Assembly (NCBI GenBank): GCA_964187785.1
Contig: OZ076414.1
Coordinates: forward strand, 6,758,001-6,822,000
Direction of reading: 5' to 3'
DNA: 64,000 bases
DNA from: Amphiscolops sp. MND2022
Lineage: Eukaryota
Shown: piece after piece, positions 39,601-54,600 of the stretch
How the letters are laid out: every line of letters starts with the position of its first letter
Numbering within the stretch: position 1 is the first letter of the stretch
Position numbers and translations under genes: made by a program
The notes under the pieces: model-generated
What the model saw: the letters and a program-made list of their open reading frames with translations, nothing else
Told to the model about the DNA's origin: nothing
The model's database searches: none

Positions 39601-42600
39601 GCAGGATTTACTGATGACCTCATTCAAAGGGTCCACCATTTGAAATCCATCATCTGACAAAATTTACCTCACCAAATTTACACATTCAACTCTGGTTCCT
39701 ATCAGTCCAAGCTTGGAACGAAAAATGTCATCAATGTGACGATTGCTCCAAAAGAATGGGATTCAAAAACAAACACTAAGCATCACCGTTTGATAAGAAT
39801 AATTGATCGAGAGATGAAATGTTTTCCTGTAAACATTCAATTTGGCCTGAAGACTCCAGCTTAAGATTCGAAAGTAAAGCCATACGAAGAAACTGATGAA
39901 GTCGACCACCATTGTCAAGGCATGGCAAATCAAGGGAAGTGCTGATAGTTTCGAGAATTTCAAGAAATTATCTATTTTTTGGGTCGAATCATTCGAGATA
40001 CCAACGAAATCGGAGAAACAACGAAACTATTAACAGCCGTTAAAAACTACCACCAAGCCAATATTCTAAAAACGATGTGATAGTAAATATTTCTAAATCA
40101 GGTTGCAGCTTTTTAGGAAAGTACAAAAAACTATCAGCAACGAACCTCAAGATCTCTATCAGGGTTGCTCGTATGTTTAAAAACAGTAACTGACCAATCA
40201 ACAGAAACTTTTCTTAATAAAGGTATAATGTCTAAAAACTACAGTTACAAGGATTAACATTAAGCAGGAAACTATTCAGGTTAAACTGCCTATCCAGTCC
40301 ACTGTCAGACCTATTCTGTAACGATGTCAATACAATAAATAAAGTTGCAGGGTTAGATACTGTCAATAATCAAAACGTATGCCGTATATTGTACATAACC
40401 CTCAACATAGAATAAGATCAACAATCTCAAGGTAACGGAAGCAGTACATCAGAGAATTCTAACCCATTCCGGTCTGGTCTTTCCAACAGCACAAACTGAG
40501 GACCATTCCATTCCCCGTACGATCCTAAGTGTCCTGACAGATGTTTTTGGAGAAACCTTGACAAAGATTTCCATGGAAACTCAGAACGGAAAAGGTGGGC
40601 TACCCACTTCTATAGGAACAAAGAAAACCTTGGATCCGCAGCCTTCTCATCTCATCTGGAACAAACTGGGCACCTGTGGAGACCCCTTGCAGAGCTATGT
40701 GGTTCCAGAGAACAACACGAACGCGTTGTGTATCCATGTGAATGCACTTTCGAACCTTCGTCAGTCCAACTCGTACTACTAATTCGTCAGAAGTTTGGTC
40801 ATTAGAAACCCCAAGCAGTTCCTGGAACTTGATGAAAACAACGCCTCGTAGCAGGGACACAGATCCATTTGCGCATGTCATAAATGACTCTTCAAACTAC
40901 TATTCTGAAATACACAAGTGCGGCAAAGCCAACCCGAGCAGCCTCATTTTGACGAATATCAAGGAACACCTACCCTTCCACCCACGGAACACTAAACAAT
41001 TGTCCCCACGAGCCAAGCGCAACCACCACAGCCCTCTACAACAGTTGACTACAACTATCACCAACTATTACCATTAAAATTCCTCAGTGTTTGCCATTAA
41101 CAGTACCGTGCTACTAAGGCTTGGTACTAAATCCTTGAAAGGTGATCTCTTACAAAATTCGTGTCCTGTGTGTTCTAGTAAGGAGCGACTTGTAAGATCA
41201 ATAGCAGATATTGTCAAAGCTAAAGAAAGGAAAATTCTCAACAACTTGGGAGAACGAGATTCCAGTCTAACATCTGAGTTTCAAAACGCATCGTCAGAGA
41301 ACGATCATAGTAGAACTCAAACCATAGGGATGTCATGAACCAAAAATTTTCTTCAGAGCGGCCTCTAAATCACACATGATCTTTTCCCAGAAGACCAGAT
41401 AATTGAGCAACAATACTTTTAGGGAGTCATAAATTGATAACAGGAGTAGACAAAAAACTCCTGAAGCCCCGAGGTCTAAAACTCTTTAACAACGATGTTT
41501 ATTTAATTCAAATTTATCATTTAATTTAATTTTATTGAATCATTTAATTTTTACGACAATGTGCGTAGCCTTTCTCAGGTCAAAGGCATCTTCACTAAAA
41601 TCTCCATTCTACACTGCTGATGTTATCTGTGTCTCTGAAACCTGGTTTGATTGTAACGCCAAAAACCCATCTCCCAGAACATAGTACGATGTTGTCTCAA
41701 GAGCGGATCGTGCTATGGGTTCCTGCGGCGGTGTTCTTATTCTGACAAAAAATTGTTCATTGAATAGTGAAATAAAGCTGAAAGTTTTCCTTGCTGTATG
41801 TAAAATTCGTCCTCTGCTATAACAATTGCCGAATCTACAATGCACTCGTGAAAGATACACGAAAGTACCATCTTGAAAGAATTCGATTCAGTCAGATTCC
41901 ATCAAAAACGAAAGATCTGTTGATTTTTGATGATTTAAACTACTCGAACACTGATTGGCAATGTTTTACAAGGCCCGGAAGCGATGGCGTGTGTTTTACG
42001 TTTTTAAAATCTCACTTATCCAACTCGTAGATGGGCTCCACAAACGTGTGATCACAAACTCAAGCAAAACTAATCTCCGCGAAGTCAATAAAAATTATTT
42101 CTCACCACCGTTGCATTTCGGTGACAACCAGTGATACCATGCCAGAGATGAGTCTGTCCGCGAACAAAAAACCCTTTACTACAGTTTCTCAAGCAGAGAT
42201 TGAATCCCTCCGTCTATGCTCTGCACAAAGCGTCTTCTCTTCAACAATGACTATGATGATTCTGTTCGTGATTGGCTTCGTTGCTTTTTTAACATCAACT
42301 AAGTCGTACATACAAAACGTTCTTGAAGGCAACAGTTTCCTTCGTATTATTCGCACAGCTTCCATCTACCGAGTGAACTTCAAACTTATTCCTCCAAATG
42401 GATAGTTTTCCCAAAAAATTTATGTAACTGCGGTACTGGTTCGAACATGTGCTACAAGATGGTCAAAAATCGCTCCAGATCTCCTGACATTCCTCTTAAG
42501 GTAACCTGGAACAATATCACGGCTTGTTGTCTATGACAAGATAGCAAAATCGTTCAATATGTATTTCGCATGAGCGTATATCAAGAACATTGTTTGAACA

Positions 42601-45600
42601 GTCCGGCGACAGCCATCTGCAATCTCTCAAATTTAGTCAAGAAACTTCTTGTGCTCTCAAGAAAGCCACTGGTGGAACTGGCCCCGACGAGATACTTGAG
42701 GAAACCCTGCACTGTTTAGCAAATGAGATCTCGCATCATTTACTTTTATTTAGTCAAATTTTGGAAACAGGCCCCAATCATGCGTTAGAATCTTACACTA
42801 CAAAATGGAAGTCGCAACTGTTTCTTCATATCTTACGCCACCTGGGAAACTTTCATTGGTTCCGGACTGCTGACTTTTTGACAAACTATATCAGTTTGTT
42901 GAAACGTCAATATCAAAACATCAGTATGGTTTCTTAAAGCGCAAATCAACCACTTCGCTGCCATTGGACTTCGAGAGATGCATACTCTTGCAACGATAGT
43001 AGAGAAATTAAGCATAAACTTCATGCTGCCCTCGCCAAAACATTCCACAAAATTTTTCATAAAAAATTGTAAGCGAAATTGAATTGCAAGAAATGGTACA
43101 TCAAGTAAATCAACACATGCAGTGATTAGCTAATGACGGAGATGTTGTTTCAGTAAACTCTATATCATCAACTCTTGAAACGTTCTTGGGTGATGTAGTA
43201 GTTGAAACAAAATTCTCTGGAACTTGCAAACTGTGTCCGATATTCCATGGACGATTATTCTCACAAAAATAACAATGAACAACTATCTGGGAAAAACGTT
43301 TTTGGAGCTTCACGCTGGTGACGTGTTACTTAAATTCAAACTTCATTCGTGGGACAAAGATTCAAATGAATTCGGGCCCGCTATCACGTGGGTGCGTGCA
43401 GCGAAAGAAGAATAAGAACGGCAGAACCTCATGTTAAGGTCCCAAGTTTATTACAGGTCCACGAAACCAACTATCTGGTTTAAAATATTTTGAACAAAGG
43501 CCTGACTGAACGGATCTCCAATTACAAGGAGCTCAGTACATTGAATTTTCTGATTCTATCGTTCCGTTCAAATTGTCTAGCCGGGCTTCTTCTTCTCACT
43601 TGGATCACTTGGAATGACGTTGAATCAAAAATGCTGGGAAACTTTACACTGACAGACATGAAACTGATCGAACTTATGATGTATCAATTCAAACTGGACC
43701 AGATGAAATGATTGAAACGATTGAAATCCCAATTTGTGAAAGTTCAGAACGGCGGTAACGCTCGTTTTTGCATCAAGTGCCAATGAGGTTGAGCAATTCA
43801 TGGCAAAGAATACACGAACAATACAAGCCCAATTGTTTGAGGAAAAAAACAGGGAACAAAGACTTCCATGCAGCTGCAGTCCGGAAGATGTGGCACCACT
43901 TTTTTAAATCAAAACGTAGAAAATCCAAGAAAAGAAATCTGTCTAATTCTCATTTGCATCAAATTGGGCGAACGGGAAAATCAGCTATGAAGGACTACGT
44001 AGAGACAAATATGAAGTACAAACTGCAAGTTTTCGCAAGATGATGACGCTGAGATTTTTTGGAATTCTCAATACACACAAAGTTGCTACTCCGTTGGGTG
44101 CAGAAACTCGCACTCCAAACAAAAACAAAACAAATTTTACTGCAACACCACAATCAAAACCCGAACTGCTCGGTCAGGTTCAACAGTGCCAACAGAAGTC
44201 ACGTCAACACGAGAAATGTCTCATCAAAGTTGTTGTAATTTGAAGCTGAAAACTCAATTTCGTTTTTTTAAAGATTCACCGTCAAGCACTTCACCCATAA
44301 TGCTTTCAAACTCATCCGATTTTCAGTTTCTGTTTGATTGCATCTTGGACATGAAAATGTATTCGTGGAAAAGTTATTGAAGAAAATTCTGACAGTTCTA
44401 TGAATTTTTAAAATTTCAGATGACCAGTTCCACATTTTTTGATTGACTTTCTTCATCATTTTCACAATCCAGTATAAATAAAGCAACCATCATCCGGAAT
44501 CCGACTTTTTTCCTAATTCTGACACAACATCTTCCGACGCTTACAGTCACTAAAACCAACCAGTTCTTGGAAATCCATACAAAAAAAAGGAAAAAAGACC
44601 CAAGTGGTAGTCACAATTGCTTTAAAAGGCCGACAAACGTTTGTCAAATCACTGAAAACTTTCATAAAGCGGCAACCAACGCGAGAAGCGCGAGCACGTT
44701 AAGTTTTCCACCACGTCAACCATGGTTTGGAAAGAGCGACATGATTCGAATAATGAAAGGCAGGATTTACTGATGACCTCATTCAAAGGGTCCACCATTT
44801 GAAATCCGCCATCTGACAAAATTTACCTCACCAAATTTATACATTCAACTCTGGTTCCTATCAGTCCAAGCTTGGAACGAAAAATGTTATCAATGTGAAG
44901 ATTGCTCCAAAAGAATGGGATTCAACAACAAACACTAAGCATCACCGTTTGAAAAGAATAATTGATCGAGAGATGAAATGTTTTCCTGTAAACATTCAAT
45001 TTGGCTTGAAGACTCCAGCTTAAGATTCGAAAGTAAAGCCATACGAAGAAACTGATCAAGTCGACCACCATTGTCAAGGCATGGCAAATCAAGGGAAGTG
45101 CTGATAGTTTCGAAAATTTCAAGAAATTCTCTATTTTTTGGGTCGAATCATACGAGATACCAACGAAATCGGAGAAACAACGAATCTATTAACAGCCGTT
45201 AAAAACTACCACCAAGCCAATATTCTAAAAACGATGTGATAGTAAGTATTTCTAAATCAAGTTGCAGCTTTTCAGGAAAGTACAAAGAACTATCAGCATA
45301 AACCTCAGGATCTCTATCAGGGTTGCTCATATGTTTAAAAACAGTAACTGACCAATCAACAGAAACTTTCCTAATATAAAGGTATGTCTAAAAACTACAG
45401 TTACAAGGATTAACATTAAGCAGGAAACTATTCAGGTTAAACTGCCTATCCAGTCCACTGTCAGACCTATTCTGTAACGATGTCAATACAATAAATAAAG
45501 TTAGAGGGTTAGATACCGTCAATCATAAAGACGTATGACGTACATTGTACGACATAACCCTCAACATAGAATAAGATCAACAATCTCAAGGTAACAGAAG

Positions 45601-48600
45601 CAGTACATCAGTAAATTTCAAACCCATTCCGGCCTGGTCTTTCCAACAGCACAAACTGAGGACCATTCCATCTCCGATATTCCATGGACGATTATTCTCA
45701 CAAAAATAACAATGAACAACTATCTGGGAAAAAAAAACGTTTTTGGAGCTTCACGCTGGTGACGTGTTACTTAAATTCAAACTTCATTCGTGAGACAAAG
45801 TTTCAAATGAATTCGGGCCCGCTATCACGTGGGTGCGTGCAGCGAAAGAAGAATAAGAACGGCAGAACCTCATGTGGAGGTCCCAAGTTTATTACAGGTC
45901 CAAGAAACCAACTATCTGGTTCAAAATATTTTGAACAAAGGCCTGACTGAACGGATCTCCAATTACAAGGAGCTCAGTACATTGAATTTTCCGTTCAAAT
46001 TGTCTAGCCGGGCTTCTTCTCACTTGGAATGACGTTGAATCAATCAAAAATGCTGGGAAACTTTACACTGACAGACATGAAACTGATCGAACTTATGATG
46101 TATCAATTCAAACTGGACCAGATGAAATGATTGAAACGATTAAAATCCCAATTTGTGAAAGTTCCGAACGGCGGTAACGCTCGTTTCTGCTTCAAGTGCC
46201 AATGATGTTGAGCAATTCATGGCAAGGAATACACGAACAATACAAGCCCATATGTTTGAGGAAAAAAAACGGAACAAAGACTTCCATGCAGCTGCAGTCC
46301 GGAAGATGTGGCACCATTTTTTTAAAATCAAAACGCAGAAAATCCAAGAAATCTGTATAATTCTCATTTGCATCAAAATGGGCGAACGGGACAATCAGCT
46401 ATGAAGGACTACGTAGTCTCAAGAGACAAATATGAAGTACAAACTGCAAGTTTTCGCAAGATGATGACGCTGAGATTTTTTGGAATACACACAAAGTTGC
46501 TACTCCGTTGGGTGCAGAAACTCGCACTCCAAACAAAAACAAAACAAATACTACTGAAACACCACAATCAAAACCCAAACTGCTCGCTCAGGTTCAACAG
46601 TGCCAACAGAAGTCACGTCAACACGAGAAATGTCTCTTCAAAGTTGCTGTAATTTGAAGCTAAAAACTCAATTTCGTTTTTATAAGATTCACCGTCAAGC
46701 ACTTCACCCATAATGCTTTCCAATTCATTCGATTTTCAGTTTCTGTTTGATTGCATCTTTGACATACCACACATTTTTCACAAACCATAATAAATAAAGC
46801 AACCTTCATCCGACTTTTTTCCTGATTCTGACACAACATCTTCCGACGCGTACAGTCTTTAAATTCAACCAGTTCTTGGAAATCCATACAAAAAAAGGAA
46901 AAAAACAAGTGGTAGTCACAATCGCTTGAAAAGGCCGACAAACGTTTGTCAAACCACTGAAAACTTTCAGAAAGCGGCAACCAGCGCGAGAAGCGCAAGC
47001 ACGTTAAGTTTTCCACCACGTCAACCATGGTTTGGAAAGAGCGACATGATTCGAATAATGAAAGGCAGGATTTACTGATGACCTCATTCAAAGGGTCCAC
47101 CATTTGAAATCCGCCATCTGACAAAATTTACCTCACCAAAGTTACACATTCAACTCTGGTTCCTATCAGTCCAAGCTTGGAACGAAAAATGTTATCAATG
47201 TGAAGATTGCTCCAAAAGAATGGGATTCAACAACAAACACTAAGCATCACCGTTTGAAAAGAATAATTGATCGAGAGATGAAATGTTTTCCTGTAAACAT
47301 TCAATTTGGCCTGAAGACTCTAGCTCAAGATTCGAAAGTAAAGCCATACGAAGAAACTGATGAAGTCGACCACCATTGTCAAGGCATGGCAAATCAAGAG
47401 AAGTGCTGATAGTTTCGAGAGTTTCAAGAAATTCTCTTTTTTGGGTCGAATCATTCCAGATACCAACGAAATCGGAGAAACAACGAAACTATTAACAGCC
47501 GTTAAAAACTACCACCAAGCCCATATTCTAAAAACGATGTGATAGTAAGTATTTCTAAATCAGGTTGCAGCTTTTTAGGAAAGTACAAAGAACTATCAGC
47601 AACGAACCTCAGGATCTCTATCATGGTTGCTCATATGTTTAAAAACAGTAACTGACCAATCAACAGAAACTTTCCTAAAATAAAGGTATAATGTCTAAAA
47701 ACTACAGTTACAAGGATTAACATTAAGCAGGAAACTATTCAGGTTAAACTGCCTATCCAGTCCACTGTCAGACCTATTCTGTAACGATGTCAATACAATA
47801 AATAAAGTTAGAGGGTTAGATACCGTCAATAATAAAGACGTATGACGTACATTGTACGACATAACCCTCAACATAGAATAAGATCAACAATCTCAAGGTA
47901 ACGGAAGCAGTACATCAGTGAATTTCAAACCCATTCCGGCCTGGTCTTTCCAACAGCACAAACTGAGGACCATTCCATTCCCCGTACGATCCTAAGTGTC
48001 CTGACAGATGTTTTTGGAGAAACCTTGACAAAGATTTCCATGGAAACTCAGTACGGAAAATGTGGGCTACCCACTTCTAAAAGAACAAAGAAAACCTTGG
48101 ATCCGCAGCCTTCACGTCTCATCTGGAACAAACTGGGCACACTCTGGAGACCCCTTGCAGAGCTATGTGGTTCCAGAGAACAACATTCCTCAGCTCATCA
48201 CCTCTCCACAATTTACGGTCATACGTATACAATATGTATCATGGTGCTTCTTTATGTAGCTTCAGTTATCACGTCCTACAATGAAAAGGAAGGGGCTTGG
48301 AGCAGAGCCGTCGGCGTCCAACCCCAAACTCAAAAAAAAATTATATATGCATTACCTACTGCTAAATGCTGTTTCGCTTTGTCTGTACGTCTTGCACAAT
48401 GCGAATGTACATCTCCGGCAAGTTCCTCTTTCGCAAACAGTACCACACGAGATAATTCAGGATTGTAAAGTAGGATCATTCTAGGTCAACAAAAACCGAA
48501 TACTGTACCTTCTGCAGGCTCTCCATTAGAATTCTGAGGTTGAATAAGGCATCAGCTGTCCCACTGCCTTTCTGGAACCAGAATTGGGTTAGAGCAGCCA

Positions 48601-51600
48601 ACCCGAAGTCTCTCAAAGCCATGGAGCCATTGTTTGCTACTTCATTCTTTAGTTTTTCAATCGGACCCTGTGTACAGCTGGCAAATCAGCATGTGAACTT
48701 TCGGAGTTCAGGAGCATCCTTGTAGTATTCGAATATTCTTTCACTCTATGAGGGTGAAATATGACCTGCCCTGTAGCATCATTGATCTCAAGACCTTCAT
48801 GCGCGTCCGTCTTTGCTTGGTCTCTAGCTTTTGCGAGCCTGAAAAACTTCTTCCTTCTTTCAGTGTTTTCGAGTTCTTTGTAGAAGGCATCTATAGCAAA
48901 TGACCTAGCTTTTGCCTCGCCTTGCTCAACCTATTTTTTGGCAATTTTGTATTGCTACTGCGATATCTGATTCTCTCTGCCACGTCTTGTAGCAGTTTTT
49001 CTTCATTGCTTCCTGTACAGTTTCGATCCACCACCATGTTTCTCTAGTCAGGGCCTTTCATCCTCTGATGGTTCCACAGGTTGCCATTCCTGCAGCGCTG
49101 ATGGCAACCCTGAATGCCTCCCAATGGCAGTTCTGATCTGGCAGTTGGTCGAGTATTCGGAGACAATATGCAACCAGGATATCGTGGTCACGCTGTTTCC
49201 ATAAGCGCGTTGTTTTCGGCTCTCTTCCGAGCTGAGCGTCTAACTTTTCGGTGCTGGTTTCAAGCAGATCAGTGTGTTGGATATCGAAAGGCAATCATGC
49301 AATTCATCATGAAATAACTCATTCAAAAATCATAGTTTGTTCATAAATTCATTCAGCTTCAATGGAATAGAAATGCTAAGTTGTTCATGCCGATAACCAT
49401 TTCAGTTGTTTTCAATTTCCCGCTCTAAATCAGTTCTAACTTCTCGTTAACTCTCTTTCTCAATCAGAAAACAATTTTGATAGAAACAACAGTTTTTATC
49501 GATCAGCTAGTTTAGCACATATATAGAACAACAGTCTCTATTATTGAGTTATTCTAGCACCGTACATTTTGGTGGCCATTGAGAGGCAAGAGATTTATCA
49601 CGAATTACTCGAACCTCTACTACATTTAACAAGCAGTTTATTCCAACATGGGGGATGAAACTGAAGCTCAGAGATTAACGAAATTAACAAGAACAAGAGG
49701 TGGGACACGAGCTGCTGCAACAAAAAGGATGAATCGTTTGGATGAAATCCTTGCAGATCAAGTGGATACAGAAACCAAGCTTGAGTTAGCCGCTTTGTGT
49801 AACTTACTCAAGAAGCATCGTCAGACTCTTGATGAGATGAACTTGGAAATTCAAGGACTAACGAACATTGATGACATAGACGGTGAGATTGCCAGTAGTG
49901 AAGACTACGATGCGAAAATCGAGCTAGCAATACAACGAGCAACAACAAAACTAGCAACAGACAGAAGTTCAACCACAATCACTTCAAACAACTCATCCGG
50001 TGGTAATCAAGATTCAAGATTGAAATTACCCAAATTAGACATTCCAAAGTTTGATGGCTCATATTCTCAGTGGACATCATTTGTTGATCTGTTCGACGGA
50101 GCAGTTGACTCAAATACAAATCTCTCAAGCTCACAGAAACTGTTCTACCTCAAGGGACTGCTGACGGGCGAGGCCAAACGTCTTCTTTCAGCCATCACAA
50201 TCACTGATGCGAACTATGGCAAAGCAAGAACGATGTTGCAAGAGCGTTATGAAAATCGGAGAGCAATTGTTCGTGAACATATCTCATCAATTGTTACCGC
50301 ATCAACAGCTACCAAGGAGGCAGGTTCGTTGCGCAATTTAATGCAGACTGCCGATGAGCATAGACGTGCCCTGGAAGCTCTGGGTTTGAATATGGATGAA
50401 ATGGACATCTACACAGTCTATCATGTTGTTGAAAAAATGGACGCAGAATCAAGGCGAGAATGGGAGCTGGAACATCCTGGCACCGATCTCCTCAAGTACG
50501 AAGATCTACACAAGTTTCTGATCACAAGATGCCGTGCATTGGAAGCTGCACATGGCAGTAAGCAATCCGCCAACAGGGGGATTGAATTTGGGCAGGCACA
50601 AAATGGTGGTAAGCGGAACCATTCACTGTCCGTCACTCAAACCAACAAATGCCCACAGTGCAAACAAGCTCATGGATTGTTCGCCTGTGATGAATTCAAG
50701 AAGAAGACAGTTGATAATAGACGCAAATTCGTGAGAGACGAAGGGTTGTGTTTCAACTGTTTACGTTCAGGTCACACAGCTAAAGACTGTTCTTCGACGA
50801 AGAAATGTAAGTTATGCAATAAATCTCATAACACGATGTTACATATCAATCAAAACAATGTTGCCGCATCAGTGGCCAGCGATGAAACAACCAAAACAAG
50901 TACTTGTACACAAATTGCCACAGCCATGGGTTCTAGCTATCAAGTGTTGCTACAAACAGCCAACATCCAAGTGCTAAACAAACAAGGACGTCCAGTTTTT
51001 TGTCGTGCTCTACTTGACAGTGGGTCACAAATCAACCTTATGACTAATGCATGCCGCGCAAAATTGGGACTTGCATTAGAGAACGCTGATTCATCATTCA
51101 CAGTGGCTGGTACGGGGAAAATTGCGCCAAGCGGGAAATGCAAGATACAATTACCAATCAAAGACTCAATCATCACAACACCAGCGTTAGTGGTCAAAGG
51201 AGGGCTAACAATGCCACTGCCTTCAGTGGAATTTGACAGGCCAATCGATTTGCCCAAGCTACCACTGGCTGATTCCAAATTCAATATACCCTCTGAGATT
51301 GACATTCTCATTGGCGCTGAACTTTATGAATCACTTCGAACTGGCAAAACTATCAAACATGGTGATCTTCATTTCACAAGTACAGCTTTTGGCTACGTCG
51401 TGTCTGGCCCAATCAAAACAAAGAGCAAAGGATCGCCAATAGTGAATCACATCATGACACAAGATGATTGTCTTCAGAAATTTTGGGAGACAGAGGAGAT
51501 ACCATTCTCGCCAGAAAACACATGGACCAAGGAAGAACGAGAATGCTCGAAGCATTACGATGAAACTACGACGCGTCAAAGCGATGGCCGCTTTGTAGTA

Positions 51601-54600
51601 GAAATGCCGTTCAAGAAACCAACCCCTGCATTTGGTGACTCATTCAAACAAGCCAGACTGCGTTTCGAAGCACAAGAAAGGAGATTGCAGAGAAACCCTG
51701 GGGTGAAGGAGCAATACAAGGCATTCATCAAAGAATTCGAAGACATGGGTCACTTAGAAGAAGTGCCTCCAGATGAACTTGATAATGGTTGTGAAAATCA
51801 TTACTATCTTCCTCACCACGCAGTGTTCAAAGAGTCAAGTACAACTACCAAGTTGCGAGTAGTATTTGATGGATCGGCAAAGACGTCAAGTGGAGTGTCG
51901 CTCAATGACATTCTAATGATTGGTCCAGTACTTCAACCTAACATCTTTGATCTGCTGATTCGGTTTCGACTCTACAAATTTGGACTCACAGCCGATGTTG
52001 CAAAGATGTATCGCCAAACAGCACTTGCTAAAAAAGCAAGAAGATTTCACAGACTTTCGTGGCGTGATAATCCAAAGGATGAATTCAGACACCTTCAATT
52101 AACACGTGTGATATACGGGATAGCATCAAGTGGCTACCATGCTGTTCGCTCACTTCAAGAGACAGCAAAACTCACCGAAAACGAAAATGTTCGCACAGCT
52201 ATTCTCGAAGGTTTCTACGTGGACGACTTTCTTTCAGGCTGCAATACCCTGGAAGATGCCAAGGGTCTGCAAGATGAACTCATAGCAACATTGGAAAAAG
52301 CCAAATTGCCCCTTCGGAAATGGGTCTCTAATGATCAAACACTTGTGGAAAGACTGCCGCCAGATATGCGTGGAGGTGATTTAGTGAATCTATTCGAAGC
52401 AGATTCAACTATACGAACGTTGGGAATCACGTGGCAACCTCAGAAAGACCATTTCAAGTTCACTTGTACCCTACCCAAAATCAATCCACCTGTGACTAAA
52501 AGACAAATTTTGTCAGAGATTGCCAAATTGTTCGACCCAATAGGGTGGCTAACTCCAATAACCATCAAGGCCAAGATCTGGATTCAGCGTTTGTGGACCC
52601 TGGGTCTAGCCTGGGATGAACCTCTGGCAGAAAATCTGATTGAAGAATTCAATGCAGACATCAAGGGCATCGAAACTCTGGAAACATTCACATTGAATCG
52701 CTTCATCACAGACTGTGACCCAGTCAAACACGAAATTCACTGCTTCACAGATGCATCCATTCATGCATATGCAGCAACTGTTTACCTCGTCACAGAGAAA
52801 GCCACAGGCGAAAGAATTTCCCATCTCATTGCAGCGAAATCAAAGGTTGCCCCCATCAAGACAATCTCATTGCCACGTTTAGAATTGTGCGGAGCACAAT
52901 TGGGCGCGAAGTTGACCGATAAGATACTCAAGGCATTCAAATCAGTCAATCTGAAGAATCTGGAGACATTCGCATGGACAGATAGCACGATCACGTTAGC
53001 TTGGATACAGGCTGTACCTTCAAAATGGAACACATTTGTGGCAAACCGAGTGGCCGACATACAAAATTTCATCCCACCATCTCGTTGGTTTCACGTTCCT
53101 ACGAAGTCAAACCCAGCAGACATTGCATCACGGGGTACACATGCACCTCAGATAATCAACAACCAACTCTGGTGGAAAGGCCCTCAATTCTTGACGAGTC
53201 TCAATCAATGGCCCGACAAGCCGGTCATTGGAGAAGTTGCAATTGAGAAAAGGAAAATCAAACCAAGCGTGTATAGCGTCGTGTTACCTACGCCACAACA
53301 AGATCATGAAAGGTTCTCACAATATAAACGACTGAGAAACACGCAAGGTTATGTTTTGAGATTCATTCGACAATTGCGTTCGAAGGGTCCACAACAACTT
53401 TGTCTCACATTGACCGAACTGAAGTCTGCTCAACACCAAATAGTCAAAGATCATCAAGCTCAATACTTTCAAGAGGAAATTCAACTACTCCGTGAAGAAA
53501 GGCAGCTTCCACGGAAACACAAATTCATTGGACTGAATCCCTTTATTGATGAAACCGACGGTCTTATGAAAGTCGGTGGCCGATTGTATCAATCTGACAT
53601 GGACGACAATGTCAAACACCCAGTTCTACTCCAAGCCGATTCTCATCTCGTGAAGATTTTGATTCGTCATCATCATCAACAATGTCTTCATGCTGGTCCA
53701 CAATCGACATTGTACAACCTTCGTCAACAATTTTGGTTCGTGAATGCCCGAAATGTTGTTCGTCGAATAATTCAAGCGTGTACTACATGTGCTCGGTTCG
53801 CACATACATCATTTCAAACCCCTATGGGACCTTTGCCTGAAGAAAGAATCACTCCTAGTAAGCCATTTACAAATTGTGGCATTGACTTCGCCGGACCATT
53901 TCATATCAAGTTGAAAGGAACTTTGAAATCAACAGAGAAAGTGTACATCTCATTGTTTGTTTGCTTCGCCACAAAGGCCATTCACCTGGAAATTGTCTCT
54001 AGTTTGACTACCGAAGCATGCATTGCCGCATTGAAGCGATTTGTAGCAAGGCGGGGAGTACCGGCTGCAATATTTAGCGATAATGGTACAAATTTTATTG
54101 GTGCACGAAATGAACTTATACAACTTAAATTGATCCTAGCGAAAAGGAGAAATTCTGTTTCACAATTTGCTACAAATCTTGGAACACAATGGACGATGAT
54201 CCCGCCCCGAGCCCCACACTTCGGAGGATTATGGGAAGCAGGTGTGAAAGCTGTCAAACTGCATCTCAAAAAGATCATGGGCAATACAATTCTTTCGTAT
54301 GAAGAGTTCCTAACACTAGTTATACAAATTGAAGGGATATTGAATTCACGTCCACTATCCCCGATGAGCTCTGAACCTAACGACTTGGAACCTCTTACGC
54401 CAGGGCATTTCCTCATGGGAACCTGCCCAAATAGCCTGCCAGAAGACCCAAGACAATCGAACATCTCGAGTGAAAGGCGATACCACCTTGTCAAGAAGAT
54501 GAGACAACAATTTTGGAACCGCTGGACACGAGAGTACCTAAATCAGCTACAGAATGTTTCAAAGTGGAAGCACACTGGTCTTCAACCTAAAGTCAATGAT

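Noticed and set aside
36493-48468. Medium ORFs in the tandem array (e.g. 192 aa at 36493, 188 aa at 38142, 154 aa at 46660) as host genes
   Set aside because: Reading frames break at different places in each copy; they are fragments of decayed repeats.
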